DNA of 64,000 nucleotides from a virus: positions 32,001 to 96,000 of IMG/VR virus record IMGVR_UViG_3300042330_000875; one strand, written 5' to 3'. A program made the position numbers and the translations under genes. The notes below the pieces were generated by a model. The model was not told the DNA's origin and searched no databases. It saw only the letters and a list, made by a program, of their open reading frames with translations. Shown here piece after piece: positions 20,007 through 29,077 of the stretch. Position 1 is the stretch's first letter, and each line of letters opens with the position of its first letter.

Positions 20007-20568
20007 CTAAACTCCCATTAAAAATTTTCATAATTCCAATGCTTGCAGTTGGCGCATTAAAAGTTTTACCAATCATACCAATTACATCATTTACATTGAA
20101 AATGCAAATTTCAATATCTTCATTTTCTTCAACCAAACCTTTGAATTTTGCGGTAGGCAATTGATTAATTTCAGCAACCAACAAATGTACCTTTTCAGAA
20201 CATGCTCCTGCGCTTGGATAATAATAACCCAAGTTATGCATTTTTACAACATGTTCTTTTTTAATGTCAACTTCTTCGTCAAGTTCATTATATGCAGTTT
20301 GTAAAACATCATCGTTTTCAACAACGCCAGCAGGTGCATCAAGAACAAGCCCGTTGCCATGCGAAAATTCAATTGGCACACGCATTTGTTTAACCAAAAC
20401 GATTTGATTTGTTTCTTTATGCCAAGGCACAATAACAACTGCATCTTTACGCACGATAACTTCTCGTGTATATTGTAAAGTTGTTTTATTATCCAATGAT
20501 TGATGCTTTACATCGACTTTGAAAATTTTAAGAAAACCATTGTAAATTTTTTCTGCATTGATTTCCAT
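19999..20568 (-). CDS. Nudix hydrolase, ADP-ribose/GDP-mannose pyrophosphatase-like
   Basis: REV..DAVVIVP..VKQMR, PAG..TAYNELDEE Nudix box, YPSAGACSE, EENEDIE. Confidence 0.85.
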   Translation of the reverse strand: MEINAEKIYNGFLKIFKVDVKHQSLDNKTTLQYTREVIVRKDAVVIVPWHKETNQIVLVKQMRVPIEFSHGNGLVLDAPAGVVENDDVLQTAYNELDEEVDIKKEHVVKMHNLGYYYPSAGACSEKVHLLVAEINQLPTAKFKGLVEENEDIEICIFNVNDVIGMIGKTFNAPTASIGIMKIFNGSLDD

Positions 20569-20623
20569 GATTTTCTCCTTGTTAGATTTTGAGAATATCT
20601 TATGAATGATTTTTTGTCAATAG

Positions 20624-20652
20624 AAAAAGGCGGGAAATTTCCCGCCTTTTTT
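20624..20652. terminator. Bidirectional terminator
   Basis: Perfect palindrome GGCGGGAAATTTCCCGCC with A/T runs. Confidence 0.8.
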
Positions 20653-20959
20653 ATCCCCAACGTTCAATCATTTCTTTCTTAAAAGTTTCATCTTGATTAG
20701 GATGGTCTTTTAACCAATCTTGAATATTTTCATAAAGTTTATCATTTAACCTAAAAGAATAACTTCCATCAGGCCAAATTCTTGCAGGTCCAGTTAATCG
20801 ATGAAATTGCCAACCTTTTTTGCACCAAAGCTTTTCGCCTGTTTCTAAATTTTCATAAGCAGGAATTTCTTCATCTGGTGAAGAAATATCCAGCCAAGGA
20901 ATGTCATCTTCATTATCAGTTGTGTATTTTTTACCATCAACGTAATAAATATAATTCAT
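20651..20959 (-). CDS. HRLTGPA family protein copy 5 (tail K)
   Basis: Family motifs, QDETFKKEMIERWG. Confidence 0.85.
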   Translation of the reverse strand: MNYIYYVDGKKYTTDNEDDIPWLDISSPDEEIPAYENLETGEKLWCKKGWQFHRLTGPARIWPDGSYSFRLNDKLYENIQDWLKDHPNQDETFKKEMIERWG

Positions 20960-21002
20960 AATTCATTCTCCTTTGTTCGGTTGCGTCATTCCCGCCTTTT
21001 GT

Positions 21003-21311
21003 TTATCCCCAACGTTCAATCATTTCTTTCTTAAAAGTTTCATCTTGATTAGGATGGTCTTTTAACCAATCATGGATGTTTTGGTATTTTTTATCATTTA
21101 AATAAAAATCATAACTTCCATCGGGCCAAATAATAGCTGGTCCAGTTAATCGATGCCAAATTCTACCTTTTTCAGTCCAAATTTTTTCACCTGATTCTAA
21201 ATCTTCATAAGCAGGTGTATTTTCGTCTGGTGATGAAATTTTATCAAACGGAATTTTATAACCTTCTTTTGTTTTGTATTTTTTACCATCAACGTAATAA
21301 ATATAATTCAT
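21003..21311 (-). CDS. HRLTGPA family protein copy 6 (tail K), tandem duplicate of copy 5
   Basis: Identical 5' and 3' ends to copy 5. Confidence 0.85.
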   Translation of the reverse strand: MNYIYYVDGKKYKTKEGYKIPFDKISSPDENTPAYEDLESGEKIWTEKGRIWHRLTGPAIIWPDGSYDFYLNDKKYQNIHDWLKDHPNQDETFKKEMIERWG

Positions 21312-21317
21312 AATTCA

Positions 21318-21392
21318 TTCTCCTTTGTTCGGTTGCGACGTTTCCGTCTTGATAAATTGATAATAGAAAATTTTTCGTTTTCTGTCAAGTGA
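21318..21392 (-). promoter_or_regulatory. Conserved early promoter/leader cassette
   Basis: TTGACA-17-TATTAT, GACG-GAAA-CGTC hairpin, AAGGAG. Confidence 0.8.
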
Positions 21393-21403
21393 TTTTTTAA
21401 ATT

Positions 21404-21485
21404 TAATTTTTGTTAAGTTGTAGTTGTAGAAACTCATTCAAAAAACCTATATTTTCTGCGGCTCTTCGTGAATAGAAAATTTATT
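21404..21485. repeat. Intergenic repeat R2, copy 2
   Basis: Matches 8355-8436. Confidence 0.85.
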
Positions 21486-21519
21486 GATATAATCAAATTA
21501 TAGGTATTGGATACGTATT

Positions 21520-21891
21520 TTAGTTATTAATTTCTGATATTTCAAAATAGTTTTTATTTTTTAAATTAAAATAATCTTTATAAACTCCCTTAACTATTTC
21601 ATAAATTAATTTTGTTAATCGATAGGTTTCTTTATTAGAGATAAATTTATCATTTACAATTAATAAATGTTCGTTCTTTTGAAAAACATGTTCGATTGCA
21701 ATAGTTAATTTTAAATTTTTATCGATAAATTTATTATTAGATAAATCAACTAAGTAAACAGTAAAATCTTTAATATAAATTGATGATATTATTTTTTTAT
21801 TATTTTGCATACAATTTTGATTTATTTCAGCAATTAATTTTTTAATTTTAGAAAAATAATATTTTATTAATAATCGATAAATTATGACCAT
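21520..21891 (-). CDS. Hypothetical protein
   Basis: 123-aa ORF. Confidence 0.55.
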   Translation of the reverse strand: MVIIYRLLIKYYFSKIKKLIAEINQNCMQNNKKIISSIYIKDFTVYLVDLSNNKFIDKNLKLTIAIEHVFQKNEHLLIVNDKFISNKETYRLTKLIYEIVKGVYKDYFNLKNKNYFEISEINN

Positions 21892-22190
21892 TTTAGTAAC
21901 ATTTCAATTTGAAAGGTATTATCTTGATTTGGATGAAATGATAACCAATATTTAATATCATTATAATAACAAACGGAGTTTAAATAAAAATATTTTTTAC
22001 CATCAGGAAAAATTTCTGCGGGTCCAGTTAATCGATGATAAGCTCTTAATTTTTTACACCAAATTTTTTCACCTGTTAAAGTATCTTCATACGCAGGTAT
22101 TTGTTCATTTGGTGAAGAAATATAATCCCAAGGTACTTTTTTCTTTTTTGATTTTATAATTTTTTTACCATCAATATAATAAATTTCCAT
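21882..22190 (-). CDS. HRLTGPA family protein copy 7 (tail Q)
   Basis: Family motifs. Confidence 0.85.
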   Translation of the reverse strand: MEIYYIDGKKIIKSKKKKVPWDYISSPNEQIPAYEDTLTGEKIWCKKLRAYHRLTGPAEIFPDGKKYFYLNSVCYYNDIKYWLSFHPNQDNTFQIEMLLKWS

Positions 22191-22195
22191 TTATC

Positions 22196-22307
22196 ATTCT
22201 TTCAAATAGCGGTTTAATCGCGTTTAGAGGCACATTGCAGAGGTTTTAGATTGATTTAGGTAATTTGGATAACCAATTAAGACAATAGGCTTTAAATCGC
22301 TTTAAAA
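22196..22307. repeat. Intergenic repeat R1, copy 2
   Basis: Matches 8762-8871. Confidence 0.85.
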
Positions 22308-22640
22308 CTAATTTTGTAAAAACCATAAAATTCTATCGGCTTCATTCATACCTAATGTATCAAAATAAAGATCGGGATTTGGATGATCTTTAAGCCAATC
22401 ATTTACATTTTCATATTTTTTTCCATTTAAATAAAATTCTTTAAATACATCAGAACAAATCCTGGCAGGACCAGTTAAACGATGTAAAACTTTATCTATT
22501 TGATACCAAAGTTTATATCCAGTTTCTAAGTTTTGACAAGCAGGCGTATTTTCATCTGGTGACGAAATATAATACTGAGGTATTTCTTTATAATTATAAG
22601 TTTTAAATTTTTCACCATCTATATAATAAATATATTTCAT
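22308..22640 (-). CDS. HRLTGPA family protein copy 8 (tail P)
   Basis: Family motifs. Confidence 0.85.
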   Translation of the reverse strand: MKYIYYIDGEKFKTYNYKEIPQYYISSPDENTPACQNLETGYKLWYQIDKVLHRLTGPARICSDVFKEFYLNGKKYENVNDWLKDHPNPDLYFDTLGMNEADRILWFLQN

Positions 22641-22846
22641 TTTATTTTTCCATTATAAATTAAATTTACCATTTCAATTAATGAATACTTAGTAACTTTA
22701 GTATCAGTTAAAAATATACCAATATCGTTAATAGTTATACTAGATGTTTTTAATAAAATATAATTTTCATTATTACTGTATAACATACGGCAAGTTCCAA
22801 TTAATTCTATTAGTAATTTTGTTTGTAATTTTATTTTATTCATCAA
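22637..22846 (-). CDS. Hypothetical protein
   Basis: Coupled ORF. Confidence 0.55.
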   Translation of the reverse strand: MMNKIKLQTKLLIELIGTCRMLYSNNENYILLKTSSITINDIGIFLTDTKVTKYSLIEMVNLIYNGKIK

Positions 22847-23021
22847 TTAAATCATTTATTGTTTTTACAAAAGATTCGTATTTTTGTTTTGAAACAATCA
22901 AGCCAAAAAAATTATTATATTTTTTTCTTATTTCTATTTGTAATTCAAATCTTAATTGATCACCAATTGTATCATAAAAATTATCATATAATATTTTATT
23001 GGGTAAAAATTTTTCATACAT
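22836..23021 (-). CDS. Hypothetical protein
   Basis: ORF with AAGGA upstream. Confidence 0.55.
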   Translation of the reverse strand: MYEKFLPNKILYDNFYDTIGDQLRFELQIEIRKKYNNFFGLIVSKQKYESFVKTINDLIDE

Positions 23022-23079
23022 TTTTATAAAATTTTCCTTTATTTTTAATTTTAATTTTGAAAAAAGAGAACAAAAGCGG

Positions 23080-23195
23080 TATAAATATATTTGTAAGCGC
23101 GAAAGTTCTTACAATGTACAAATTAGCAAAGTTTAATAGAACAAATTTTACAAGCAAAGTACAAATAACTTACAAATTATAGGACAAATAAAAAA
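23080..23195 (+). promoter_or_regulatory. Late promoter TATAAATA plus ACAAA-repeat leader of the SSB gene
   Basis: TATAAATA at 23080-87, hairpin TTGTAAG/CTTACAA, repeated ACAAA units. Confidence 0.6.
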
Positions 23196-24173
23196 ATGAC
23201 ATTCGATCTAAACAAAATCCGTGAAGCTTTAAATCAATCAAAACCCGCTTACGAAAATCAATCAACAGGCGATAATGCATCTTATCCTTTTTGGAATGCA
23301 AAAGAAAAAGAAACTGTATTTCTTCGTTTCTTACCTGATGGGGATACAAATAATCCTTTTTTCTGGCGTCATCGTCAAGTAATTAAATTACCTTTTGCTG
23401 GCGTAGTTGGTGAAAGTGATCAACCAGTAGAAGTACAAGTTCCTTGTATTAAAATGTGGGATGATAAAGCAGTTTGCCCAATCACACAAAAAATGAACGT
23501 TCTTTGGAAAGGTTCAGAAAGTGACCAAGCAATTGCTAGAATTTACAAACGTCATCACACTTACATTTATCAAGGTTTCGTGATTCAATCACCAATTGAA
23601 GAAGAAACTGTTCCTGAAAATCCAATTCGTCGTTTTGTAATTAATAAAACAATTCATGATATTATTGAAAAATCACTTCATGATACTGATCTGGAATATG
23701 TTCCAATTGATTATGAAAATGGTCTTGAATTTAAAATTTCAAAAGAAAAATCTCCTGGTCAACAATTTGCAAAATACATTTGTTCTTGGCGTCAAAAAAC
23801 AACTCCATTAACTGATGAACAATTAGTTGCAATTGAAACTTTTGGTTTATTCAATCTTGGAGAATTTCTTGGTCGTCGTCCAGATGCAGATGAATTAGCT
23901 GTTCAAGAAGCAATGTTAATGGATTCTCGTGCTGGTAAACAATTCGACAAAGCAAGTTATGGTCATCTTTATCGTGCTTATCCAACTCGTTCTGGTGGTT
24001 TTGTTCCACAAACACAAGCCACAACTAATACTCCTGTTTTTAATGGTTATACACCAAATCAAGCAGCAAGTCAAGTGCCAGTTCAAGAAGCACAAGAAAC
24101 TGCATCACAAAGTTCAGCAAGTGCATTGCTTCAACGTTTGAAAGCAAATCAAGCTGCACAAGCTGGCGGCTAA
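23196..24173 (+). CDS. Single-stranded DNA-binding protein (T4 gp32-like)
   Basis: LRFLPDGD..PFFW, VPC..W..CPI, ENPIRRF. Confidence 0.85.
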   Translation: MTFDLNKIREALNQSKPAYENQSTGDNASYPFWNAKEKETVFLRFLPDGDTNNPFFWRHRQVIKLPFAGVVGESDQPVEVQVPCIKMWDDKAVCPITQKMNVLWKGSESDQAIARIYKRHHTYIYQGFVIQSPIEEETVPENPIRRFVINKTIHDIIEKSLHDTDLEYVPIDYENGLEFKISKEKSPGQQFAKYICSWRQKTTPLTDEQLVAIETFGLFNLGEFLGRRPDADELAVQEAMLMDSRAGKQFDKASYGHLYRAYPTRSGGFVPQTQATTNTPVFNGYTPNQAASQVPVQEAQETASQSSASALLQRLKANQAAQAGG

Positions 24174-24230
24174 AAATTGGGGAATTTAATTCCCCAATTT
24201 TATCTTTTAATTTTAATTAAGGAAAATGTG

Positions 24231-25745
24231 ATGAAACCTTTTGATCCAAGTAAGCTTATAAAAGCTGTTAATAAATCTGTACCCAATGTTAGCATTGGTT
24301 TTAATGATCCTCAAATTTGGCTTAGTACAGGCTGTTATCTTTTAAATTATCTGATATCAGGTGATTATAAAAAAGGTATTCCTTTAGAGGGCAAAATTAC
24401 CTGTGTAGGTGGTGAAAGTGGTTGTTTACCTTCAACTGCCGAAGTTATTTTAAGATCGAATTTTACCAATAATGAAAATTTAGATTATAAAACAATAACA
24501 GTTGGTGAATTAAAAAATATTTATTTTGAAAATAAAAGTAAACAATTGCCTACATTTATTGAAACTCCTGATGGTTCACAAACAATTGTCAATTGGTTTA
24601 ACAAAGGTCAATTACCTTGTGTTAAAGTAATTACTGAAAGTGGTAAAATAACAATTTGTGCAACCAATCATATGTTAGAAACTGCAAAGGGTTGGGTATT
24701 AGCTGAAAATTCTTTAAATGAAAATGTTATTATTCTTAATAACAATCAATCATTTGAAGATAAAGTTGTAGAAGTAATTCCTTACGATACAATTGAATGT
24801 TTTGATTTTGAAATCAATCATCAAAATCATCGTTATTGGGGTGATGGATTTAGTTCACATAATAGTGGCAAATCTTATATTGTTTCGGGCAACTTAGTAA
24901 AAGACGCACAAGAAAAAGGTATTTTCGTAGTTATGTTTGATACTGAAAATGCTTTAGATGAAGAATGGTTGCATAATTTGGGCGTTGATACTGATCCTAG
25001 TAAATTAATGCGAATTAATGTTGCTATGATTGATGATGTTGCCAAAACTACTACTAAAATTTTAGATGAATATAAAGAAACATTTGATGGTGTTCCTTAT
25101 AATGAACAAGCTCCTATTCTTTTTATTATTGACAGTTTAGGAATGCTTATTACACCAAACAATGAACGGCAATTCGAAGAAGGTGACATGAAAGGCGATA
25201 TGGGCATTAAAGCAAAACAATTAACTGCTTTAATGCGTGGTATAAGTGCAAAAATTGCAAATAAAAGAATTGGTATGATTTGTACCAATCACGTTTACGC
25301 TGCACATGATCAATATTCACCTGATACATTAGCTGGCGGTAAAATGGTTGAGTATGCTACTAGCATTATTATCCAAATGAATAAACTTTTATTAAAAGAA
25401 GATGAATTTGGTAATAAATTAACTGATGGCGCGGTAGCTGGTATTCGTAGTAGTGTTGTAGTTAGAAAAACACGTTATAACAAACCATTTGAAAAAATGA
25501 AAATTGAAATTCCATATGAACAAGGCATGAATCCTTATTCTGGATTATTTGATTTCTTATTTAGTAGAAATATTTTAGTTAAAGAAGGTAATCGATATTC
25601 TTATACTTCACCAGTAACAGGTGAAATTTTAAAAGATTTTCGTAAGAATTTCAAATATGAATGGTTAGATCAAATTATGGAAGAATGGTCTCATTGGACA
25701 AAACATGTTGAACAAGTAGCACCAGTTGAAATAGTAGAAGATTAA
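24231..25745 (+). CDS. uvsX: UvsX/RecA-like recombinase containing an intein
   Basis: STGCYLLNYLISG, split P-loop GESG|SGKS, FDTENALD, IIDSLGML, KGDMG. Confidence 0.92.
   Translation: MKPFDPSKLIKAVNKSVPNVSIGFNDPQIWLSTGCYLLNYLISGDYKKGIPLEGKITCVGGESGCLPSTAEVILRSNFTNNENLDYKTITVGELKNIYFENKSKQLPTFIETPDGSQTIVNWFNKGQLPCVKVITESGKITICATNHMLETAKGWVLAENSLNENVIILNNNQSFEDKVVEVIPYDTIECFDFEINHQNHRYWGDGFSSHNSGKSYIVSGNLVKDAQEKGIFVVMFDTENALDEEWLHNLGVDTDPSKLMRINVAMIDDVAKTTTKILDEYKETFDGVPYNEQAPILFIIDSLGMLITPNNERQFEEGDMKGDMGIKAKQLTALMRGISAKIANKRIGMICTNHVYAAHDQYSPDTLAGGKMVEYATSIIIQMNKLLLKEDEFGNKLTDGAVAGIRSSVVVRKTRYNKPFEKMKIEIPYEQGMNPYSGLFDFLFSRNILVKEGNRYSYTSPVTGEILKDFRKNFKYEWLDQIMEEWSHWTKHVEQVAPVEIVED
24423..24863 (+). 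mobile_element. Mini-intein (147 aa, no endonuclease) in the UvsX Walker A motif
   Basis: Starts CLP, block B ATNH, block F CFDFEI, ends SSHN followed by Ser. Confidence 0.9.
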
Positions 25746-25760
25746 TCTTCTACTATTTTT
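25728..25760 (+). terminator. Terminator formed by mirror of the gene end
   Basis: AAATAGTAGAAGATT/AATCTTCTACTATTT perfect palindrome across the stop codon. Confidence 0.65.
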
Positions 25761-25783
25761 CTTATAAAGAACTAAGGAAAAAT

Positions 25784-26077
25784 ATGTTTGATAAAAATTT
25801 AGAATTTTTAATAAAATTTATACCTAATAAATCATTTAGAGAATTTATTAATGATGAAATTATTATTGTTAGAATACAAAACCATTCAATACAAATTTTT
25901 AATTATCCAAACGGAGAAGAAAATATAATTTTTAAATCATATATTAAAGATGATAATTTAATAAAAGAAATTAATACAAATATTGATATTGAAAAATTAA
26001 TTAATGATATTACGGGTTTGCTTATAGCATCGGATTTGTCATGGTGGAAAATCTATAGCGCTTATATAAGATTATGA
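25784..26077 (+). CDS. Hypothetical protein
   Basis: ORF with AAGGA RBS. Confidence 0.6.
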   Translation: MFDKNLEFLIKFIPNKSFREFINDEIIIVRIQNHSIQIFNYPNGEENIIFKSYIKDDNLIKEINTNIDIEKLINDITGLLIASDLSWWKIYSAYIRL

Positions 26078-26380
26078 ATATTTTAAAAGCATTTCAATTT
26101 GAAAGGAATTGTCTTGATTTGGATGTATTGATAACCATTTATGAATATTATCATAAAAATAATCATCTATCCAAAATTGAATTTTTCCGTTAAAACAAAT
26201 TCTTGCTGGTCCTGTTAAGCGATGCCATCGCCATCCTTTTTCACACCAAAGTTTTTCACCTGTTTCTAAAACTTCATAAGCAGGTGTATTTTCATCAGGA
26301 GAGGAAATTTCATCAAAAGGAATTGTATTGTAATTATCGGTTGTAAATTTTTTATTATCAATATAATAAATATATCTCAT
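26072..26380 (-). CDS. HRLTGPA family protein copy 9 (tail Q)
   Basis: Family motifs. Confidence 0.85.
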   Translation of the reverse strand: MRYIYYIDNKKFTTDNYNTIPFDEISSPDENTPAYEVLETGEKLWCEKGWRWHRLTGPARICFNGKIQFWIDDYFYDNIHKWLSIHPNQDNSFQIEMLLKYS

Positions 26381-26452
26381 AACATTTTATCCTTTTTTAT
26401 TGTAATTGTTTGTTAAATAGATTAAATTTAATTTTTAAAGAGGAAAGAAAAA

Positions 26453-26686
26453 ATGACACCAGAAAGTATTTTAATTGAAGAATTGTGGGAAACCATTAAA
26501 GGTTTTACGCCTGCAAAACAAAAAACAGAAGTTCTTTATCAATTATTTCGTTTATTACAAGAATATGGAATTGAACAAGAAGATTTTGAAGATTTATTAG
26601 ACCATGATGACCTTGCATTAAAAAAAGCATTTATTCATGTTTATGAATTAGATTTAGATGAAAAGGATGATGAAGAGGAAGATTAA
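26453..26686 (+). CDS. Small acidic hypothetical protein
   Basis: ORF with GAGG RBS, acidic tail. Confidence 0.7.
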   Translation: MTPESILIEELWETIKGFTPAKQKTEVLYQLFRLLQEYGIEQEDFEDLLDHDDLALKKAFIHVYELDLDEKDDEEED

Positions 26687-26699
26687 TCTTCCTCTTTTT

Positions 26700-27008
26700 T
26701 TATGTGTATTTTAACAGCATTTCCACTTGAAAGGCGTTATCTTGATTTGGGTGATCTTTTAACCAATCATGTACGTTTTTATAAGCGTTATCATTTAGCC
26801 AAAAGTGTTCTTGTCCATCAGAATTAATTACTGCGGGTCCAGTTAAGCGATGCAAAATTAATCCTTTATTACACCAATATTTTTTACCTGTTGATAAATT
26901 TTCCCAAGCAGGTGTATTTTCATCGGGTGATGAAATTTTTGACAAAGGGATTTCATGAGTTTTATCAGTTGTAAATTTTTCACCATCAACATAGTAAACA
27001 TATGTCAT
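26700..27008 (-). CDS. HRLTGPA family protein copy 10 (tail Q)
   Basis: Family motifs. Confidence 0.85.
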   Translation of the reverse strand: MTYVYYVDGEKFTTDKTHEIPLSKISSPDENTPAWENLSTGKKYWCNKGLILHRLTGPAVINSDGQEHFWLNDNAYKNVHDWLKDHPNQDNAFQVEMLLKYT

Positions 27009-27027
27009 ATTATTTTTCTTTCATATT

Positions 27028-27333
27028 TTATGTGTATTTTAATATCATTTCTACCTGAAAGGCATTGTCTTGATTTGGGTGTACTTTTAACCAATCATTT
27101 ACATTGTCATATCTTTTATCATTTAAATAAAATCGTACTCTTCCATCATCCCAAATAAAAGCAGGTCCGGTTAATCGATGATGAATACCGCCATTTAAAC
27201 ACCAAAATTTAAATCCTGATTCTAAATTTTCAAAAGCGGGTGTTCGTTCATTAGGTGAAGAAATTTCTAACAAAGGAATTACACTATTATCTTCAGTTAG
27301 AAATTTTTCACCATCAATATAATAAATAATCAT
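27028..27333 (-). CDS. HRLTGPA family protein copy 11 (tail Q)
   Basis: Family motifs. Confidence 0.85.
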   Translation of the reverse strand: MIIYYIDGEKFLTEDNSVIPLLEISSPNERTPAFENLESGFKFWCLNGGIHHRLTGPAFIWDDGRVRFYLNDKRYDNVNDWLKVHPNQDNAFQVEMILKYT

Positions 27334-27335
27334 TT

Positions 27336-29000
27336 TTATTCCTTGAATTTGTTAGTTACTGGAAAACGTCTATCTAAGCCAAATTGCAAACCAGTAATTT
27401 TTGGTCCAACTGATTTACAAAATTGTCGTTTGTATTCATTATTCATTACTTTTTTTGCAATATCACGATACAATTCAACCGTACATTTTTCAGCAATTTC
27501 AACAGGAACATTTTTTAAACACTCTTTTTGATTTAATTCAAAAAAACTAGCAGAAATGTTTTGATTGATAATTAAATCAAGTAACTGATCTAATACTGGA
27601 TATTCAGGAAGTGATTGGTTGTCTTGTTGATCTTCACGTAATTCAGCACTAGGCGGTTTAACAATGATATTTGTTGGTATTGCATTATTTTTATGTTGAT
27701 TAATCCAATGGCATAATTCAAAAACTTTTGTTTTAGGAATGTTAGATAAAACATTAATACCATTCGCACTATCACCAAAAATTGTACAGTACCCAACTGA
27801 TAATTCACTTTTATTGCCGGTTCCTAAAACCACATGACCAAATTGATTGCTTAATGCCATAAGCACAATCATTCTTGCACGACTTTGAACATTTTCATCT
27901 GCTACACCAGTTAAAGAAACAATTGGAGAAATTTGACCACGAATTGCATTAACAATAGGTTCAATTTCAACAGTTGATAAATTAATTTTTAAATTTTTTG
28001 CTAATTGTTCGGCATCGCTTAAACTATGACTGCTGCTAAATTTACTTGGTAATCGAACAGCAAAAACATTTTCTGTTCCTAAAGCTTCGGCTGCAATAAC
28101 TGCAACCAATGCACTATCAACGCCGCCACTTAATCCTAAAACAGCAGTTTTGAAATTTTGTTTTTTAAAATAATCACGCAAGTTTACAACCATTGCATTA
28201 TACATTTGCCAATTTTCATTGTATTCAGGTAAAATAAAACCTGTAAATTTTTTAATCATATCAAAATTAACATAACGAATTGGATTTGGGTTACAATCAA
28301 AAATTTCAAATGGGCGTTCATGCATCGTGTCAAAACTTCCACCATCAAAAACAAGATCATCTTGTGCAGATGTTCCAATATTAACATAAAATGCATGTTT
28401 AATATTTTTTGCAAATTTCAAATGAGTTTCAACGATTTGCATACGAATTTGTTGTTTATTAATTTCAAAAGGACTGCCATTAATTGCAATTAACAATTCG
28501 GCACCTAAATTATCAAGATGAGTTACAACATTGTCTTTCCAAATATCTTCACAAATTGCAAAACCAATTTTTACATTATCAATTAAAATTGGGTGAATTT
28601 TTTTAATATTTCCTGGAACAAAATTGCGTTTTTCATCAAACACGCCATAATTGGGTAGATGAATTTTATTTTGTTCATAAACGACTTTGCCGTTTTTAAC
28701 AACTTTTAACGTGTTGTAAATGTTACGTTTTTCAAAATTTTCAACTGTAACTGTGCCATAAACGATAAAAGCAGAAATTGTTTTAGAAAATTCTAAAATA
28801 CGATTTTCTTCTAAGGTTGCTTTTTCAATAAAACCTTTACGTTCAATTAAATCTCCTAAAGGATAGCCAACTGTTGAACATTCAGGAAACACAATAATTT
28901 GTGTATTACTATCTACGTCTTTCATTCGTTCAATCATTTTTGAAATATTATTTTCAATATCTCCAACAGTAGGGTTGAATTCAATTCCAGCTACTAACAT
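27336..29000 (-). CDS. nadE: Glutamine-dependent NAD+ synthetase
   Basis: Nitrilase domain (FPE, K..LPNYGVFDEKR, ICEDIW) fused to synthetase (LGLSGGVDS, ENVQSR, TGNKSE, KPPSAELR). Confidence 0.95.
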   Translation of the reverse strand: MLVAGIEFNPTVGDIENNISKMIERMKDVDSNTQIIVFPECSTVGYPLGDLIERKGFIEKATLEENRILEFSKTISAFIVYGTVTVENFEKRNIYNTLKVVKNGKVVYEQNKIHLPNYGVFDEKRNFVPGNIKKIHPILIDNVKIGFAICEDIWKDNVVTHLDNLGAELLIAINGSPFEINKQQIRMQIVETHLKFAKNIKHAFYVNIGTSAQDDLVFDGGSFDTMHERPFEIFDCNPNPIRYVNFDMIKKFTGFILPEYNENWQMYNAMVVNLRDYFKKQNFKTAVLGLSGGVDSALVAVIAAEALGTENVFAVRLPSKFSSSHSLSDAEQLAKNLKINLSTVEIEPIVNAIRGQISPIVSLTGVADENVQSRARMIVLMALSNQFGHVVLGTGNKSELSVGYCTIFGDSANGINVLSNIPKTKVFELCHWINQHKNNAIPTNIIVKPPSAELREDQQDNQSLPEYPVLDQLLDLIINQNISASFFELNQKECLKNVPVEIAEKCTVELYRDIAKKVMNNEYKRQFCKSVGPKITGLQFGLDRRFPVTNKFKE

Positions 29001-29077
29001 TTTATTCTCCTAAAAATTTATTAATTGACATTTTGAATATATTTGCATAAATACCTTCTTTTGTCAAAGAGGAAATT

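Noticed and set aside
20651-21311. Diversity-generating retroelement (TR/VR pair) as the source of family variation
   Set aside because: Differences include many synonymous and non-adenine changes, both copies are genes, and no reverse transcriptase is present in the window.
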